DNA from: a virus
Taxonomy: Duplodnaviria > Caudoviricetes
Direction: 5' to 3' (one strand)
IMG/VR virus record: IMGVR_UViG_3300022918_000015
Location: 1-52,578 of that record
Length of the DNA stretch: 52,578 nt
Shown: positions 39,070-48,183 of the stretch, piece by piece
How the letters are laid out: each line of letters opens with the position of its first letter
Position numbering within the stretch: position 1 is the stretch's first letter
The notes under the pieces: generated by a model
The model's database searches: none
Told to the model about the DNA's origin: nothing
The model's input: the letters and a program-made list of their open reading frames with translations, nothing else
Translations under genes and position numbers: made by a program

Positions 39070-39418
39070 TTTTTAATTGATTTATTATTTTCTTTAATGT
39101 ATCATAATTTATTTCTCTATCTTCATCTTTAATTTCATATTTTTGTTTCATAGCGATTCCATCTCTCGTTAAATCATTCACATAAGTCACACCAGCTCTT
39201 CTATCTGCGATTACTTTTTCTAATAAATATTTATTATCAATATGAAATATATTATCACCAGACGCCCAAGTTATATCTAAAAAATCAATAACTTCACATA
39301 ATTCATTCATTTCTATTTCATTTGTGAAAGTAAAATAATGATATTTATTTTTAAACACATTTAACAATCTTTTTTTTAAGTAATTTAAATCATCTAATTC
39401 ATTCACATCCATTTTCAA
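39062..39418 (-). CDS. Paralog family C protein
   Basis: NKYHYF...ELCEVIDFLDITW. Confidence 0.65.
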   Translation of the reverse strand: MKMDVNELDDLNYLKKRLLNVFKNKYHYFTFTNEIEMNELCEVIDFLDITWASGDNIFHIDNKYLLEKVIADRRAGVTYVNDLTRDGIAMKQKYEIKDEDREINYDTLKKIINQLKNE

Positions 39419-39877
39419 TAATTATTTTTTGTATATCACTAAAATTTAATATAATTTTATCTAAATTTTCAATTGATGTCTTGTTTTCATACCAAACAAA
39501 TTGTTCTGGGACTAGATATCTTGGTGATTTATAAGCCTTACTTAAACGATATACAATTTTTTCATCTGTTTTATAAGGTGGCAACTGTAACATATAAAAT
39601 ATTTTATCTATTTTTTCAGCAACAATTTCGCTATCGATATATATTACATATTGTTCTGATGTTAATATATTAATCATAATCTCAACAGGAGTCATGTATT
39701 CAATTTTTTCCCAATCAGCTCTATATACATTTGCGTAATAACTGACATCGGAATAACTTTTTCCATTCTTTATAAAAATAAAGTCTTCGTCGTACACTTC
39801 ATTTAATTTGAAATTAGTTATATCACCTGAAGATATATATATCCAGCAGTATTTATTAGTTTGTACCTATTCTTCAT
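39399..39877 (-). pseudogene. Family C gene frameshifted at an (AT)5 tract
   Basis: ATG at 39877 becomes in frame with the 39399-39797 ORF if one AT unit at 39833-39842 is removed; the restored N-terminus resembles that of the neighbouring paralog. Confidence 0.55.
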
Positions 39878-40343
39878 AATATATTCTTTTTATATCAGAA
39901 ATAATATCAGAAAAATTAAGAATATTATCAAAACGATCAATAATAGATAAATTCATAAAAGCATAATTATGATTTTCCCCATAATTAGCAATTAGCAACA
40001 ATCCTTCTGGAATAGAATTTGTGAATTCTTCCATCTTACATAAGGGTTGATTTTCATGAAAATTTAAACACAATTCAACTAATATTTTATGCATTAGAAC
40101 ATACTCATCAGGTTTACAAATAAAATTATATTTTTTAGATAATAATTTATGTTTAAAATCATTTATCTTATCGTTCAATAAATCTTGCTTTTCATAAATA
40201 ATTTCCCATCTATCAGGATGATATAATGCAATTTGTCTTGGACTTGAAATATTTGGGAAATTTATATCTTTATGGTCTGGATCATATATTTCATCTTGTT
40301 TATAATACCCATATCCTCCTTGTTTTGTACACTTATATTTCAT
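39867..40343 (-). CDS. Paralog family C protein
   Basis: MKYKC...YKQDEIYD; LLSKKYNF; ILNFSDI shared with the downstream gene. Confidence 0.65.
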   Translation of the reverse strand: MKYKCTKQGGYGYYKQDEIYDPDHKDINFPNISSPRQIALYHPDRWEIIYEKQDLLNDKINDFKHKLLSKKYNFICKPDEYVLMHKILVELCLNFHENQPLCKMEEFTNSIPEGLLLIANYGENHNYAFMNLSIIDRFDNILNFSDIISDIKRIYYEE

Positions 40344-40704
40344 TGTAAATATCTATTATAGGTTGAATTAAATCTTTAAACAGAATCAATTTAGATTTAT
40401 TTGCAATAAAAGAATTTAAATTTTCATAAAAAAATCCATAATACTCTACTGAAGTATCACTACCATATATTCCCCAACAATCCCAAACATCATCTCTACC
40501 TGATTTGTTAATATAATAACTTTCACCCCAAGCTAATCCAGATATTTCAAATTTTTTTTTCAAAAATTCATCATTTTCAACTATAGAAACTAGTTTATTA
40601 TATTCTTCAATTGATTCTATTTTTACCTTGTAATATTTAGATTTTAATATGTCATAAATTTTAATCAACTCTACCTCTATTCTATATTCTTTACTACCTT
40701 TCAT
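40333..40704 (-). CDS. Paralog family C-like protein
   Basis: ILKSKYYKVKI...LILFKDL. Confidence 0.6.
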   Translation of the reverse strand: MKGSKEYRIEVELIKIYDILKSKYYKVKIESIEEYNKLVSIVENDEFLKKKFEISGLAWGESYYINKSGRDDVWDCWGIYGSDTSVEYYGFFYENLNSFIANKSKLILFKDLIQPIIDIYNEI

Positions 40705-40823
40705 GTCATTCCAAGCTTATCAAAATCAGGTTTTATAGAACCATAAATGTGATCAAACCATAAATTTATTTTGGCATTTTCTTTTTCTCGATCAGTAAGT
40801 TTTTTATCTCTTACAATTTTCAT
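40701..40823 (-). CDS. 40-aa protein (not in ORF track)
   Basis: MKIVRDKKLTDREKENAKINLWFDHIYGSIKPDFDKLGMT; ATGA coupling to the next gene. Confidence 0.5.
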   Translation of the reverse strand: MKIVRDKKLTDREKENAKINLWFDHIYGSIKPDFDKLGMT

Positions 40824-40839
40824 TTTCTGTTTATAATAG

Positions 40840-41175
40840 TTAGATTCCATATTTTATTTTGTATTGTTCTTTTACTAATTCTGTAAATCCTTTTATATTT
40901 ATAACAATTCTTTCTCGTGGATTTCTATAGCTAATTAATCTGTCTCCAAATAAGTATCTAATTGGTTCACCAACACCAGATTGAATTTCTCTTGTTAAAG
41001 AAAATTGTTCAAATGTAAAACGCCTACAGTCATTATGCCAGTGATAATTTAAAAAAACTAAAACGTCATTTATCTCTTCAATATATGGTAAATCTTCTTT
41101 GTCGTTACAAAATTTAATAGCAATATTTGGATTTTTAAATTCTTCAAGAAACACACTTAGAAATTCAACGTTCAT
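40840..41175 (-). CDS. Paralog family C protein
   Basis: EINDVLVFLNYHWHN. Confidence 0.65.
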   Translation of the reverse strand: MNVEFLSVFLEEFKNPNIAIKFCNDKEDLPYIEEINDVLVFLNYHWHNDCRRFTFEQFSLTREIQSGVGEPIRYLFGDRLISYRNPRERIVINIKGFTELVKEQYKIKYGI

Positions 41176-41474
41176 TTGTATTTATTTTTTAACATATCAA
41201 AAAATGTTTTAGTATCTATAATGGTTCTATCTACACATTCTATTCGAAGAGCAATATCCATTTCATCTCCACAGAAACATATTAAAGAAGGATAAGAATT
41301 TAATATTCGAGACAAAGATTGATCAGAAAAACCTACCGTTTTATTATACCATTTATAATCAAAATGAATTAAAATATCATTTAACTCGTTTCTAGTTTCT
41401 TCGTCACTAATATCAAAAGCATATTTATCACTTAACAACGCATTAAATAGTTCGTCATGTAGATCAGCATTCAT
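41172..41474 (-). CDS. Paralog family C protein
   Basis: LLSDKYAF...ELNDILIHFDYKWYN. Confidence 0.65.
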   Translation of the reverse strand: MNADLHDELFNALLSDKYAFDISDEETRNELNDILIHFDYKWYNKTVGFSDQSLSRILNSYPSLICFCGDEMDIALRIECVDRTIIDTKTFFDMLKNKYK

Positions 41475-41479
41475 AATTC

Positions 41480-42277
41480 TTATAAATTTCCTAAAAACAT
41501 ATTAATAATAGATTGATGACCATTTCCTAAACTTGTTAATGATTTAACATTGTTAGAAGCATCTTTATACATAATATCTGAATTTGCATAATCCATAGTT
41601 ATATCAGCTATTTCTAAATTAAATCCATCAAATTTATTTATCATTTCATTTAATTTAGGCAATTCTCCTAACTTTAAACTAGGTTGAGATATAATACCTG
41701 AGTCTATTTTGCGAAATAATAATTCCATGTAAATTATATCATATATTCTATACATATCACATAATTTTTTAAGCTCATCTTCAGTGAATTTACTCATATC
41801 ATTAGAAATACCTAAAGCCTTCTTAAACTTTAAGTAAGCAACAATATTTGTAAACAATCTGATATTAGTACTCATAAATTGAGGTTGACCAGTTGGCTGT
41901 AAATTAGAATTATAAGTACTAATACAGTCTATGATATCTCCTTTCAGCATCTTAATTAATAAAGTACTACCACATTCAAATTCAAAATGAATATCTCCTG
42001 TAATATCTTGATTGGTAAAAGTGTTATCTAATATAAACTTAGCCATTTTAATATCATCACGAACTGGTATTTTGTGAACATCTGATATAATAATATTATT
42101 TAATATTGTACTTAATGCCCAAGTTAGTTTTAATATCAAACTTTTTCCTGATCCGTTATGACCAACTAAAATTATGAGACTATTAAAATCCATATCCAGA
42201 TTTTTAAATTGCTCTAACATGCCTGGACCAGTGTTAGATATCTTCATGTGTTTTACATGTCCTAATGTTTTACTCAT
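41480..42277 (-). CDS. AAA_15/AAA_21-like ABC ATPase ending just after the signature motif
   Basis: ILVGHNGSGKS Walker A; C-terminal LTSLGNGHQS signature-like motif; stop 9 aa later; no Walker B. Confidence 0.7.
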   Translation of the reverse strand: MSKTLGHVKHMKISNTGPGMLEQFKNLDMDFNSLIILVGHNGSGKSLILKLTWALSTILNNIIISDVHKIPVRDDIKMAKFILDNTFTNQDITGDIHFEFECGSTLLIKMLKGDIIDCISTYNSNLQPTGQPQFMSTNIRLFTNIVAYLKFKKALGISNDMSKFTEDELKKLCDMYRIYDIIYMELLFRKIDSGIISQPSLKLGELPKLNEMINKFDGFNLEIADITMDYANSDIMYKDASNNVKSLTSLGNGHQSIINMFLGNL

Positions 42278-42290
42278 AATTATTTTATTA

Positions 42291-42354
42291 AAAGTGTTGA
42301 TCTGACCTTTAACCAGATAGTACCACGGCTTAGAGCTGTCGGTAGCAACACTTT
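42291..42354. ncRNA. Three-way-junction structured element, copy 1
   Basis: P1 AAAGTGTTG/CAACACTTT, P2 ATCTG/CAGAT, P3 TACC-ACGGC/GCTGT-C-GGTA; second copy at 44739. Confidence 0.65.
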
Positions 42355-42359
42355 ATTAT

Positions 42360-43172
42360 TTAACTTCTTAATATATCTTCTCTAATTTTCTTAGACAATT
42401 CTAAATGCTTTTCACCAAAATGCTCCCAAGCTAATCCCATAGCTTTTAAATCATAATGAGATATTATAGTGCTAACTTGATCTTCGGGATTTTCATGTCC
42501 TAAAATATAAATACTATCAGCTAAATTAACAGCTAAGTTAATATCATGAGTTGAAAATATAACTGTATTTAAATCATTAGTTTGAGAAATATGTTCAAAG
42601 CTTTCTTTAAGTTTCTCTATATTACCTACATCTAAACCTGAAGCTGGTTCATCAAAAACAATATACTTCTTTGAAGTAAATAATTGTTCTAGAATAGCAG
42701 TTCTTTGACGTTGACCTCCAGATAGCTCATTTGGATATTGATCCTTTTGAGACAGCAATTTCCATTCATTTAAAGCATCTACAATCATAGTATGTTTTTC
42801 TGCATTAGATAATTTTTGTTTTCTTAATGCAAACTTTAAACATTCATAAACAGTCTTATGTCTAAATAAAGTATAAGCTTGATCAACAAATCCAGCATCC
42901 CCTTCTGATATTATTTTACAGCTATTAGCATTATAATCATCAGATACTAATATTTGACCAGAAATTGGCTTAATTAATCCAGCTAAAGCTTTAAATAATG
43001 TACTTTTACCTCTACCTGATCTACCTAATATTGCAATACATTGACCAGTTATTTTATCTGTTCTGGTAATATTCTTTTCCTCAAGACTAATATCTTTCAG
43101 AATAATTTTATTACCATATCCAATATTTACCTTATCAAGATATAATATTGTATTTTCTAATTTATATTCCAT
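42360..43172 (-). CDS. ABC transporter ATP-binding subunit (TauB/SsuB/NitT-like)
   Basis: GRSGRGKST, LSGGQRQR, VFDEP, STHD. Confidence 0.92.
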   Translation of the reverse strand: MEYKLENTILYLDKVNIGYGNKIILKDISLEEKNITRTDKITGQCIAILGRSGRGKSTLFKALAGLIKPISGQILVSDDYNANSCKIISEGDAGFVDQAYTLFRHKTVYECLKFALRKQKLSNAEKHTMIVDALNEWKLLSQKDQYPNELSGGQRQRTAILEQLFTSKKYIVFDEPASGLDVGNIEKLKESFEHISQTNDLNTVIFSTHDINLAVNLADSIYILGHENPEDQVSTIISHYDLKAMGLAWEHFGEKHLELSKKIREDILRS

Positions 43173-43174
43173 AA

Positions 43175-43384
43175 TTAATTAAAATAAGTATATAAATTTC
43201 TACCAAATATTAGCCAAATAATTCCATCAATTAAAAAGAAACCAGTTAGATAATAAAGTACTACAACAAAATACAAAAAACTATAAATTAAAATCATAGT
43301 TATAAAACTTAAACAAAATATTATTCTTTCCTTAAAATTACTTGGCCTACTATCCCAGTAATTACAAAACTCATTTACTGACAT
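43175..43384 (-). CDS. Small membrane protein
   Basis: Hydrophobic 69-aa ORF between permease and ATPase. Confidence 0.6.
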   Translation of the reverse strand: MSVNEFCNYWDSRPSNFKERIIFCLSFITMILIYSFLYFVVVLYYLTGFFLIDGIIWLIFGRNLYTYFN

Positions 43385-43386
43385 AA

Positions 43387-44166
43387 TTAAAAATTTGAAT
43401 ATCTAAAAAACAACCTTCTTAAACTTATTAAACTATAATCTATAGATTTTCCAATCATTAATATTATAATTTGCAAAGCTATTACTTCACCTTGAGAACC
43501 ATTCTTTTGATTGGTACCAATTAAATAACCTAATCCACCACTAGCAGTATTAATTAATTCTATTACTACAAGCATATTAAATATAATAGCAAGGTTTTGT
43601 CTTACAGCTTCAATAACAAAATCAAAACGACCCTTTATCATTACTTCAAGTATTATCTCCCAACGAGAACACCCTATACTTTTAGCATGATTAATTTCAT
43701 TTTCAATCGATTTCTTTGACAGACTCTGCAATAAACTTGTTATTAAAAATAAACTCATAAATATTACTAATACTGTTACCTGTATATTTCTTGCATTATG
43801 AATTATAATACTAATATATAAACTAATACCAACTAATGGCAAAAATCTAAACGTACTAATTAAATCACAAAATGGCTTAATAACAGGTAGAGGACTTAGG
43901 TATACTACTATACAAGAGATTATAACGCTATATAAACTAGCTTGTAAAAATAATAAGATCGAACTGGAAATATGGGTCATTAACCCTAAATTCCAGGCAC
44001 TAACAAAACCATTAAATACTTGCGTAATTGTTGGAAATAAATGTGTAGTGCCTACAAAACTAGAAATTACCCACCATCCCAGAATAAAAGTTAACCACAA
44101 GAGTATAACTAAATTATTCTGAGATTTGGATAACTCCTCAAAAGGTCTAAATAATTTATTTAGCAT
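43387..44166 (-). CDS. ABC transporter permease (TauC/SsuC-like)
   Basis: About 6 TM segments; FLPLVG; EAA-like loop INHAKSIGCSRWEII; GGLGY. Confidence 0.88.
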   Translation of the reverse strand: MLNKLFRPFEELSKSQNNLVILLWLTFILGWWVISSFVGTTHLFPTITQVFNGFVSAWNLGLMTHISSSILLFLQASLYSVIISCIVVYLSPLPVIKPFCDLISTFRFLPLVGISLYISIIIHNARNIQVTVLVIFMSLFLITSLLQSLSKKSIENEINHAKSIGCSRWEIILEVMIKGRFDFVIEAVRQNLAIIFNMLVVIELINTASGGLGYLIGTNQKNGSQGEVIALQIIILMIGKSIDYSLISLRRLFFRYSNF

Positions 44167-44181
44167 TTTTGAGATAACTAA

Positions 44182-44679
44182 TTAAAAACTATAACTAATA
44201 CTAGGAGACAAGTAATTAACTTCATCCCAGTTACTAAAACTAAGACCTATACTCACGTTTTCATGCGTATAACCAATTCCAACTCCAACTTCTGTAAAAT
44301 AATCATCAGATCCAAAATATCCGCCTGCACCTGCAATTAGGCTACCAGTTAAATTTCCCACTAATTTATAATTTGGTGAAATTTTAGCTTCCCAGAAATA
44401 ATTAGTAATCTGATCTTTGTCAAAAACATCAACTAGATTACTTCTTCCAAATACAGCTCCATAAGAGATGTTATTGCAAGTAACACCACCTTCTACTGTG
44501 GCATATGAATTTTCTTGCCAATCTCCTTGAAGATGCATAGATAATCCAAGACTCACATAATGAGTAAGTGTATTTACAGATTTAGTTTCTACAACATCCA
44601 CTTGAGGTTGTTCAATTGTTTGAGCATTCATGCTCATTGCTCCTAAGAACAACATTCCTACGATTAAGAATTTTTTCAT
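44182..44679 (-). CDS. Small outer-membrane beta-barrel-like protein
   Basis: Sec signal peptide (MKKFLIVGMLFLGAMSMNA-Q), alternating amphipathic strands, C-terminal ISYSF. Confidence 0.7.
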   Translation of the reverse strand: MKKFLIVGMLFLGAMSMNAQTIEQPQVDVVETKSVNTLTHYVSLGLSMHLQGDWQENSYATVEGGVTCNNISYGAVFGRSNLVDVFDKDQITNYFWEAKISPNYKLVGNLTGSLIAGAGGYFGSDDYFTEVGVGIGYTHENVSIGLSFSNWDEVNYLSPSISYSF

Positions 44680-44738
44680 TTTTTTTGTTTTGTGTTTTAA
44701 GTGCTATGCACTATTAATATTAAATTTAATTAAAAAAA

Positions 44739-44803
44739 ATAAGATATTGATCTGACTTGTTTAAACAGATAGTACGACTTGCAAGAACGTAGCAATAGCT
44801 TAT
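44739..44803. ncRNA. Three-way-junction structured element, copy 2
   Basis: P1 ATAAG-A-TATTG/CAATA-G-CTTAT, P2 ATCTG/CAGAT, P3 TACG/CGTA; same core as the 42291 copy. Confidence 0.65.
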
Positions 44804-44853
44804 AAAAGTAAAATGGAAGAGATCGAGAGTTTCCAGTATGCTATTTTACTTTT
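44804..44853. ncRNA. Stem-bracketed element adjoining copy 2
   Basis: 11-bp AAAAGTAAAAT/ATTTTACTTTT around a 28-nt core. Confidence 0.4.
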
Positions 44854-44887
44854 TTATTTTAAAAGAGTTAATTGACTTTATCGCTCT

Positions 44888-45163
44888 TTATAATTTATAA
44901 TGTAATTTATTATTGATAAAATAATTATAATTATCTAATAGAAATCTTTTTCTACATTTAACAGTAGTAGCTTTATAATTTCCAAGATACCAATTACCAT
45001 TTTTATCTAGAATAGCTTTGCTTACATGGTTAAAACATAAATTATTATTAAATATATAAAAATCTTTTTCATTAAAATAAGAAGATTCTCTAAATTTAAA
45101 ATTATGTTCTTTATGATGTAAATAATATAATACTAATCCTGTTATAATAATAAATATATACAT
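44888..45163 (-). CDS. Small protein with N-terminal TM
   Basis: 91 aa; TAATG coupling to the OmpA-fusion gene. Confidence 0.55.
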   Translation of the reverse strand: MYIFIIITGLVLYYLHHKEHNFKFRESSYFNEKDFYIFNNNLCFNHVSKAILDKNGNWYLGNYKATTVKCRKRFLLDNYNYFINNKLHYKL

Positions 45164-47001
45164 TATTTTAAAAGAGTTACTTGAACCCTTCTGTTTTTAT
45201 ACCTACCTTCAGCTGTATTATTATTGCCAATAGGTTTTTTATCTCCCAATCCTTCTACAGATTCAACTGCTTGGAATGGTAAACCTTGATTTTGCAAATA
45301 CTCTAGTACAGCGTTAGCTCTAGATTTAGATAAAATTTGATTTTGATCAGGATTACCGGTATTATCAGTATGGCCTTCAATAATGATTTTAGTTCCCTCA
45401 GCTTGAACAATTAAATTGTATAATTCTTTAAGTTGTTTATCGCTTGAATGCAATATCTCCGAACTACCTGAATTAAAATTGATTTGCCAGCTTCCAGATG
45501 CCATTACAGACGTTAACTTTTTAGAATAGTCTACTTGTTTCACTTCACCTGAATTAATACCTGAAATCGCTTGTAATGACGTCAAATCAACTGCTTTATC
45601 ATAAGGAGTAACTTTTTTAACAGCATCACTGAATCCATTTGGATTAAGATCTGTCAAATAATTAGCAACTTGTTCATAAACAGATTTGTATCTATTAATT
45701 CCATCATCACCTAATCCATAATATTGCAAAGCATCTGCATGATTCATAATTCTAGTACCACCAGCAATTTGACCATTACTTAAAGTTTTACCTTTAAACA
45801 TTTCATACCAATATTGAGGAGATTGATAACCGTAAGTTTTAGCAACACATTGTGAAGCTTTAACTCTCCAATCATCATATAACTTCATTTGATTAGCAGC
45901 AGTATAAGTAGCTTTCAAAATATTAACAACCACGTCTGGGTTAGCATCAGACCATTCTTTTAAGACTATTAAAGTTGTAGTCATTTGATTAGGAAAATCT
46001 TTAGTAGAAGATATAGTTACTGCGTGAGGAACTTTATCAAATATCATTTTATCTCCAGGCAACCAAGTACTACATAAATCAATTTTTCTAGATACAGTCT
46101 TACCTGTTGGCTTACCATCTTTAAGTTCTTTCATGTCATAAACCTTTCCATTTAATTGAGATGCAATATAATCATTTGCACATTCAATAATATTTGGATT
46201 ATGAATAAAGTTTACAGCTTCTGGATCATACGTACCGATGTTTGGATTTACTTTAATACCTTTATTAGCAAATATATAATTCAATGCTACAACCCAGTCA
46301 CCGTCTCCTACAGCAGTTACGATAACAGCTCCTTTAAGATTAGCCGGATTATCAATATATTTTTTATCTCCAATAAGTTTATCTTCTCCATAACTAGCTC
46401 CATAACAAGCCTTAACTACAGCGTGATATTTATCTTCACCAAATTTATCGTCAAGCATTTTATTTAATGTTGATATAAAATAAGGAGCGCCATCACCCAT
46501 AATACTTACTCCGAATGCACTAGTATTGCTTTGTGGATTTAAATTCCCTGAATCAAATTCAGCAGTAAAATTAACCATAGCAGCTTGTAATAGACTAAAA
46601 TCATCCTGACGTCCTATATTAAGATTTACACCATATTTTTCCATTAAACTATTTTCAGAAGTTTGAGGACCGCCATTAGCTACAATCATAGTACTATTAC
46701 CATTCCAAGTATACTCAAGTAAATTATACTTAGTTTTACTTTTTACTTTAGTTGATAAACTGTTTCCTGGCAAATCGATTTTATCTGCTTTAGAAGCGTT
46801 ATCAATTACGGTTCCATCAATTTCCAAATCATTACCTGTAGTAGATTTTAGAAAGTTCATTCCGGGGGCAAAAAAGGCTACTGCTAAATAAGCTATAACG
46901 ATAATAGCTATTACACCCAATACTTTAAGTGTATTACGACCTTTGGGAGTTAGGTTATCCCACCAACTTGTTTTTGTTTGATTTTGATTAAAATTTTCCA
47001 T
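45163..47001 (-). CDS. Membrane-anchored substrate-binding-like protein fused to an OmpA-like peptidoglycan-binding domain
   Basis: N-terminal TM; central region resembling TauA/NMT1-type binding proteins; C-terminal INFNSGS...IEGHTDNTG...NQILSKSRA...NRRVQV. Confidence 0.85.
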   Translation of the reverse strand: MENFNQNQTKTSWWDNLTPKGRNTLKVLGVIAIIVIAYLAVAFFAPGMNFLKSTTGNDLEIDGTVIDNASKADKIDLPGNSLSTKVKSKTKYNLLEYTWNGNSTMIVANGGPQTSENSLMEKYGVNLNIGRQDDFSLLQAAMVNFTAEFDSGNLNPQSNTSAFGVSIMGDGAPYFISTLNKMLDDKFGEDKYHAVVKACYGASYGEDKLIGDKKYIDNPANLKGAVIVTAVGDGDWVVALNYIFANKGIKVNPNIGTYDPEAVNFIHNPNIIECANDYIASQLNGKVYDMKELKDGKPTGKTVSRKIDLCSTWLPGDKMIFDKVPHAVTISSTKDFPNQMTTTLIVLKEWSDANPDVVVNILKATYTAANQMKLYDDWRVKASQCVAKTYGYQSPQYWYEMFKGKTLSNGQIAGGTRIMNHADALQYYGLGDDGINRYKSVYEQVANYLTDLNPNGFSDAVKKVTPYDKAVDLTSLQAISGINSGEVKQVDYSKKLTSVMASGSWQINFNSGSSEILHSSDKQLKELYNLIVQAEGTKIIIEGHTDNTGNPDQNQILSKSRANAVLEYLQNQGLPFQAVESVEGLGDKKPIGNNNTAEGRYKNRRVQVTLLK

Positions 47002-47032
47002 TTGTTTTTAATTATAGTTTTTAAATTAATTA

Positions 47033-48154
47033 TTAAAATATTCCTCCAATTCCACCTGTAGCGTCTTTTTCTTCAGCCGTAAGTTTCAAATCAGGATTAT
47101 TAAATCGTTTAGCACTAGGAATAATATCAGTACCAGCTTTAATATTGGCTACTAATTTATCCAATTGATTGAAAGACTTACTAGGGTCACCAATATTGAT
47201 ATTACCCATAGCGTCTTTAATATCTTGTAAGTTGTTTTTAGTTGTAGCAATATTATTTGCAATAGCACCTAACACTACTTCAGAAGCGAATTGAACTTCC
47301 CATTTATCATTAAAGTTTAATACATTTTTAACAGCATCTGTTCCAGCTCTCATTGCGCTAGTAGCTTCAAAATCATTCTTAAGTATCTGAACTGTTGAGT
47401 CAAAATTCTTAACACGATTTTTGAGATAACTAACAAAATATTTATACTGAGTCTCAAACTTAGTAAATACACTAGCTCTGGTTCCGAATTGAGTAATCAG
47501 ATCTTTAGCTTGTTCATAGTTCATTTCAACACGTTGATATTCCATAGCCAAATCATTTCGTTGAATACACAAATCAGCATACTCAGGATCTTCTTTAGAT
47601 TCTTCTGTAGTAAACTTTTCTATTTCTGTATTTAATTTAACAGCTTCTTCAGATATTTCAATTAATCTATCTTGATATTTTTTAGCGTCAAGTTGATTTT
47701 TAGTAGCATTAGATTTCATAGTCTCTTTACTTTGAGATATAATAGTACCAGCTCCAACAGCATCTTCATATTGTTGTACCAATTCTACTCTTTGTTCTCT
47801 AAATGCTCCAAAAGGATCATTAGTTATCCAAAATTCATGAAACTTACGAATCATAGACTTTACAATACCTTTTAATGGTTTTCTACAAGCATAGATTAAT
47901 AGAATGCTACCAACTATTGCCACAACTTGTCCAATTAGATAAAATCCTGCTGCCAATCCAGCTATAAAAGGTAATAAGATAGTCCATACAACATATCCAA
48001 TACCAATTAATCCAAGTATTCGTACTATGTTAAATACAGGTTTTTCACCTTTTTTCCATTCTTGCGGTATTAATTGTATTTCACTACTGTCAATACCGTT
48101 AAACAAAGGTAATCTACTTATCTTTGTTTGTGCGATCTGTTTAAAGTCACTCAT
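47033..48154 (-). CDS. Two-TM protein with long coiled coil (PspA-like architecture)
   Basis: TM hairpin at about aa 40-90, then DPFG and about 250 aa of heptad-rich helix. Confidence 0.65.
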   Translation of the reverse strand: MSDFKQIAQTKISRLPLFNGIDSSEIQLIPQEWKKGEKPVFNIVRILGLIGIGYVVWTILLPFIAGLAAGFYLIGQVVAIVGSILLIYACRKPLKGIVKSMIRKFHEFWITNDPFGAFREQRVELVQQYEDAVGAGTIISQSKETMKSNATKNQLDAKKYQDRLIEISEEAVKLNTEIEKFTTEESKEDPEYADLCIQRNDLAMEYQRVEMNYEQAKDLITQFGTRASVFTKFETQYKYFVSYLKNRVKNFDSTVQILKNDFEATSAMRAGTDAVKNVLNFNDKWEVQFASEVVLGAIANNIATTKNNLQDIKDAMGNINIGDPSKSFNQLDKLVANIKAGTDIIPSAKRFNNPDLKLTAEEKDATGGIGGIF

Positions 48155-48183
48155 TTTAATTATTTGTTATAGTTGTTAATTAA

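Noticed and set aside
42291-42354. Assignment of the repeated element to pistol, hammerhead or SAM riboswitch classes
   Set aside because: Only short coincidental words match; the required cores and pseudoknots are absent.
44700-44712. Small hairpin AGTGC-TAT-GCACT before the beta-barrel gene
   Set aside because: A 5-bp stem is too short to call; it could be a weak terminator but is unsupported alone.
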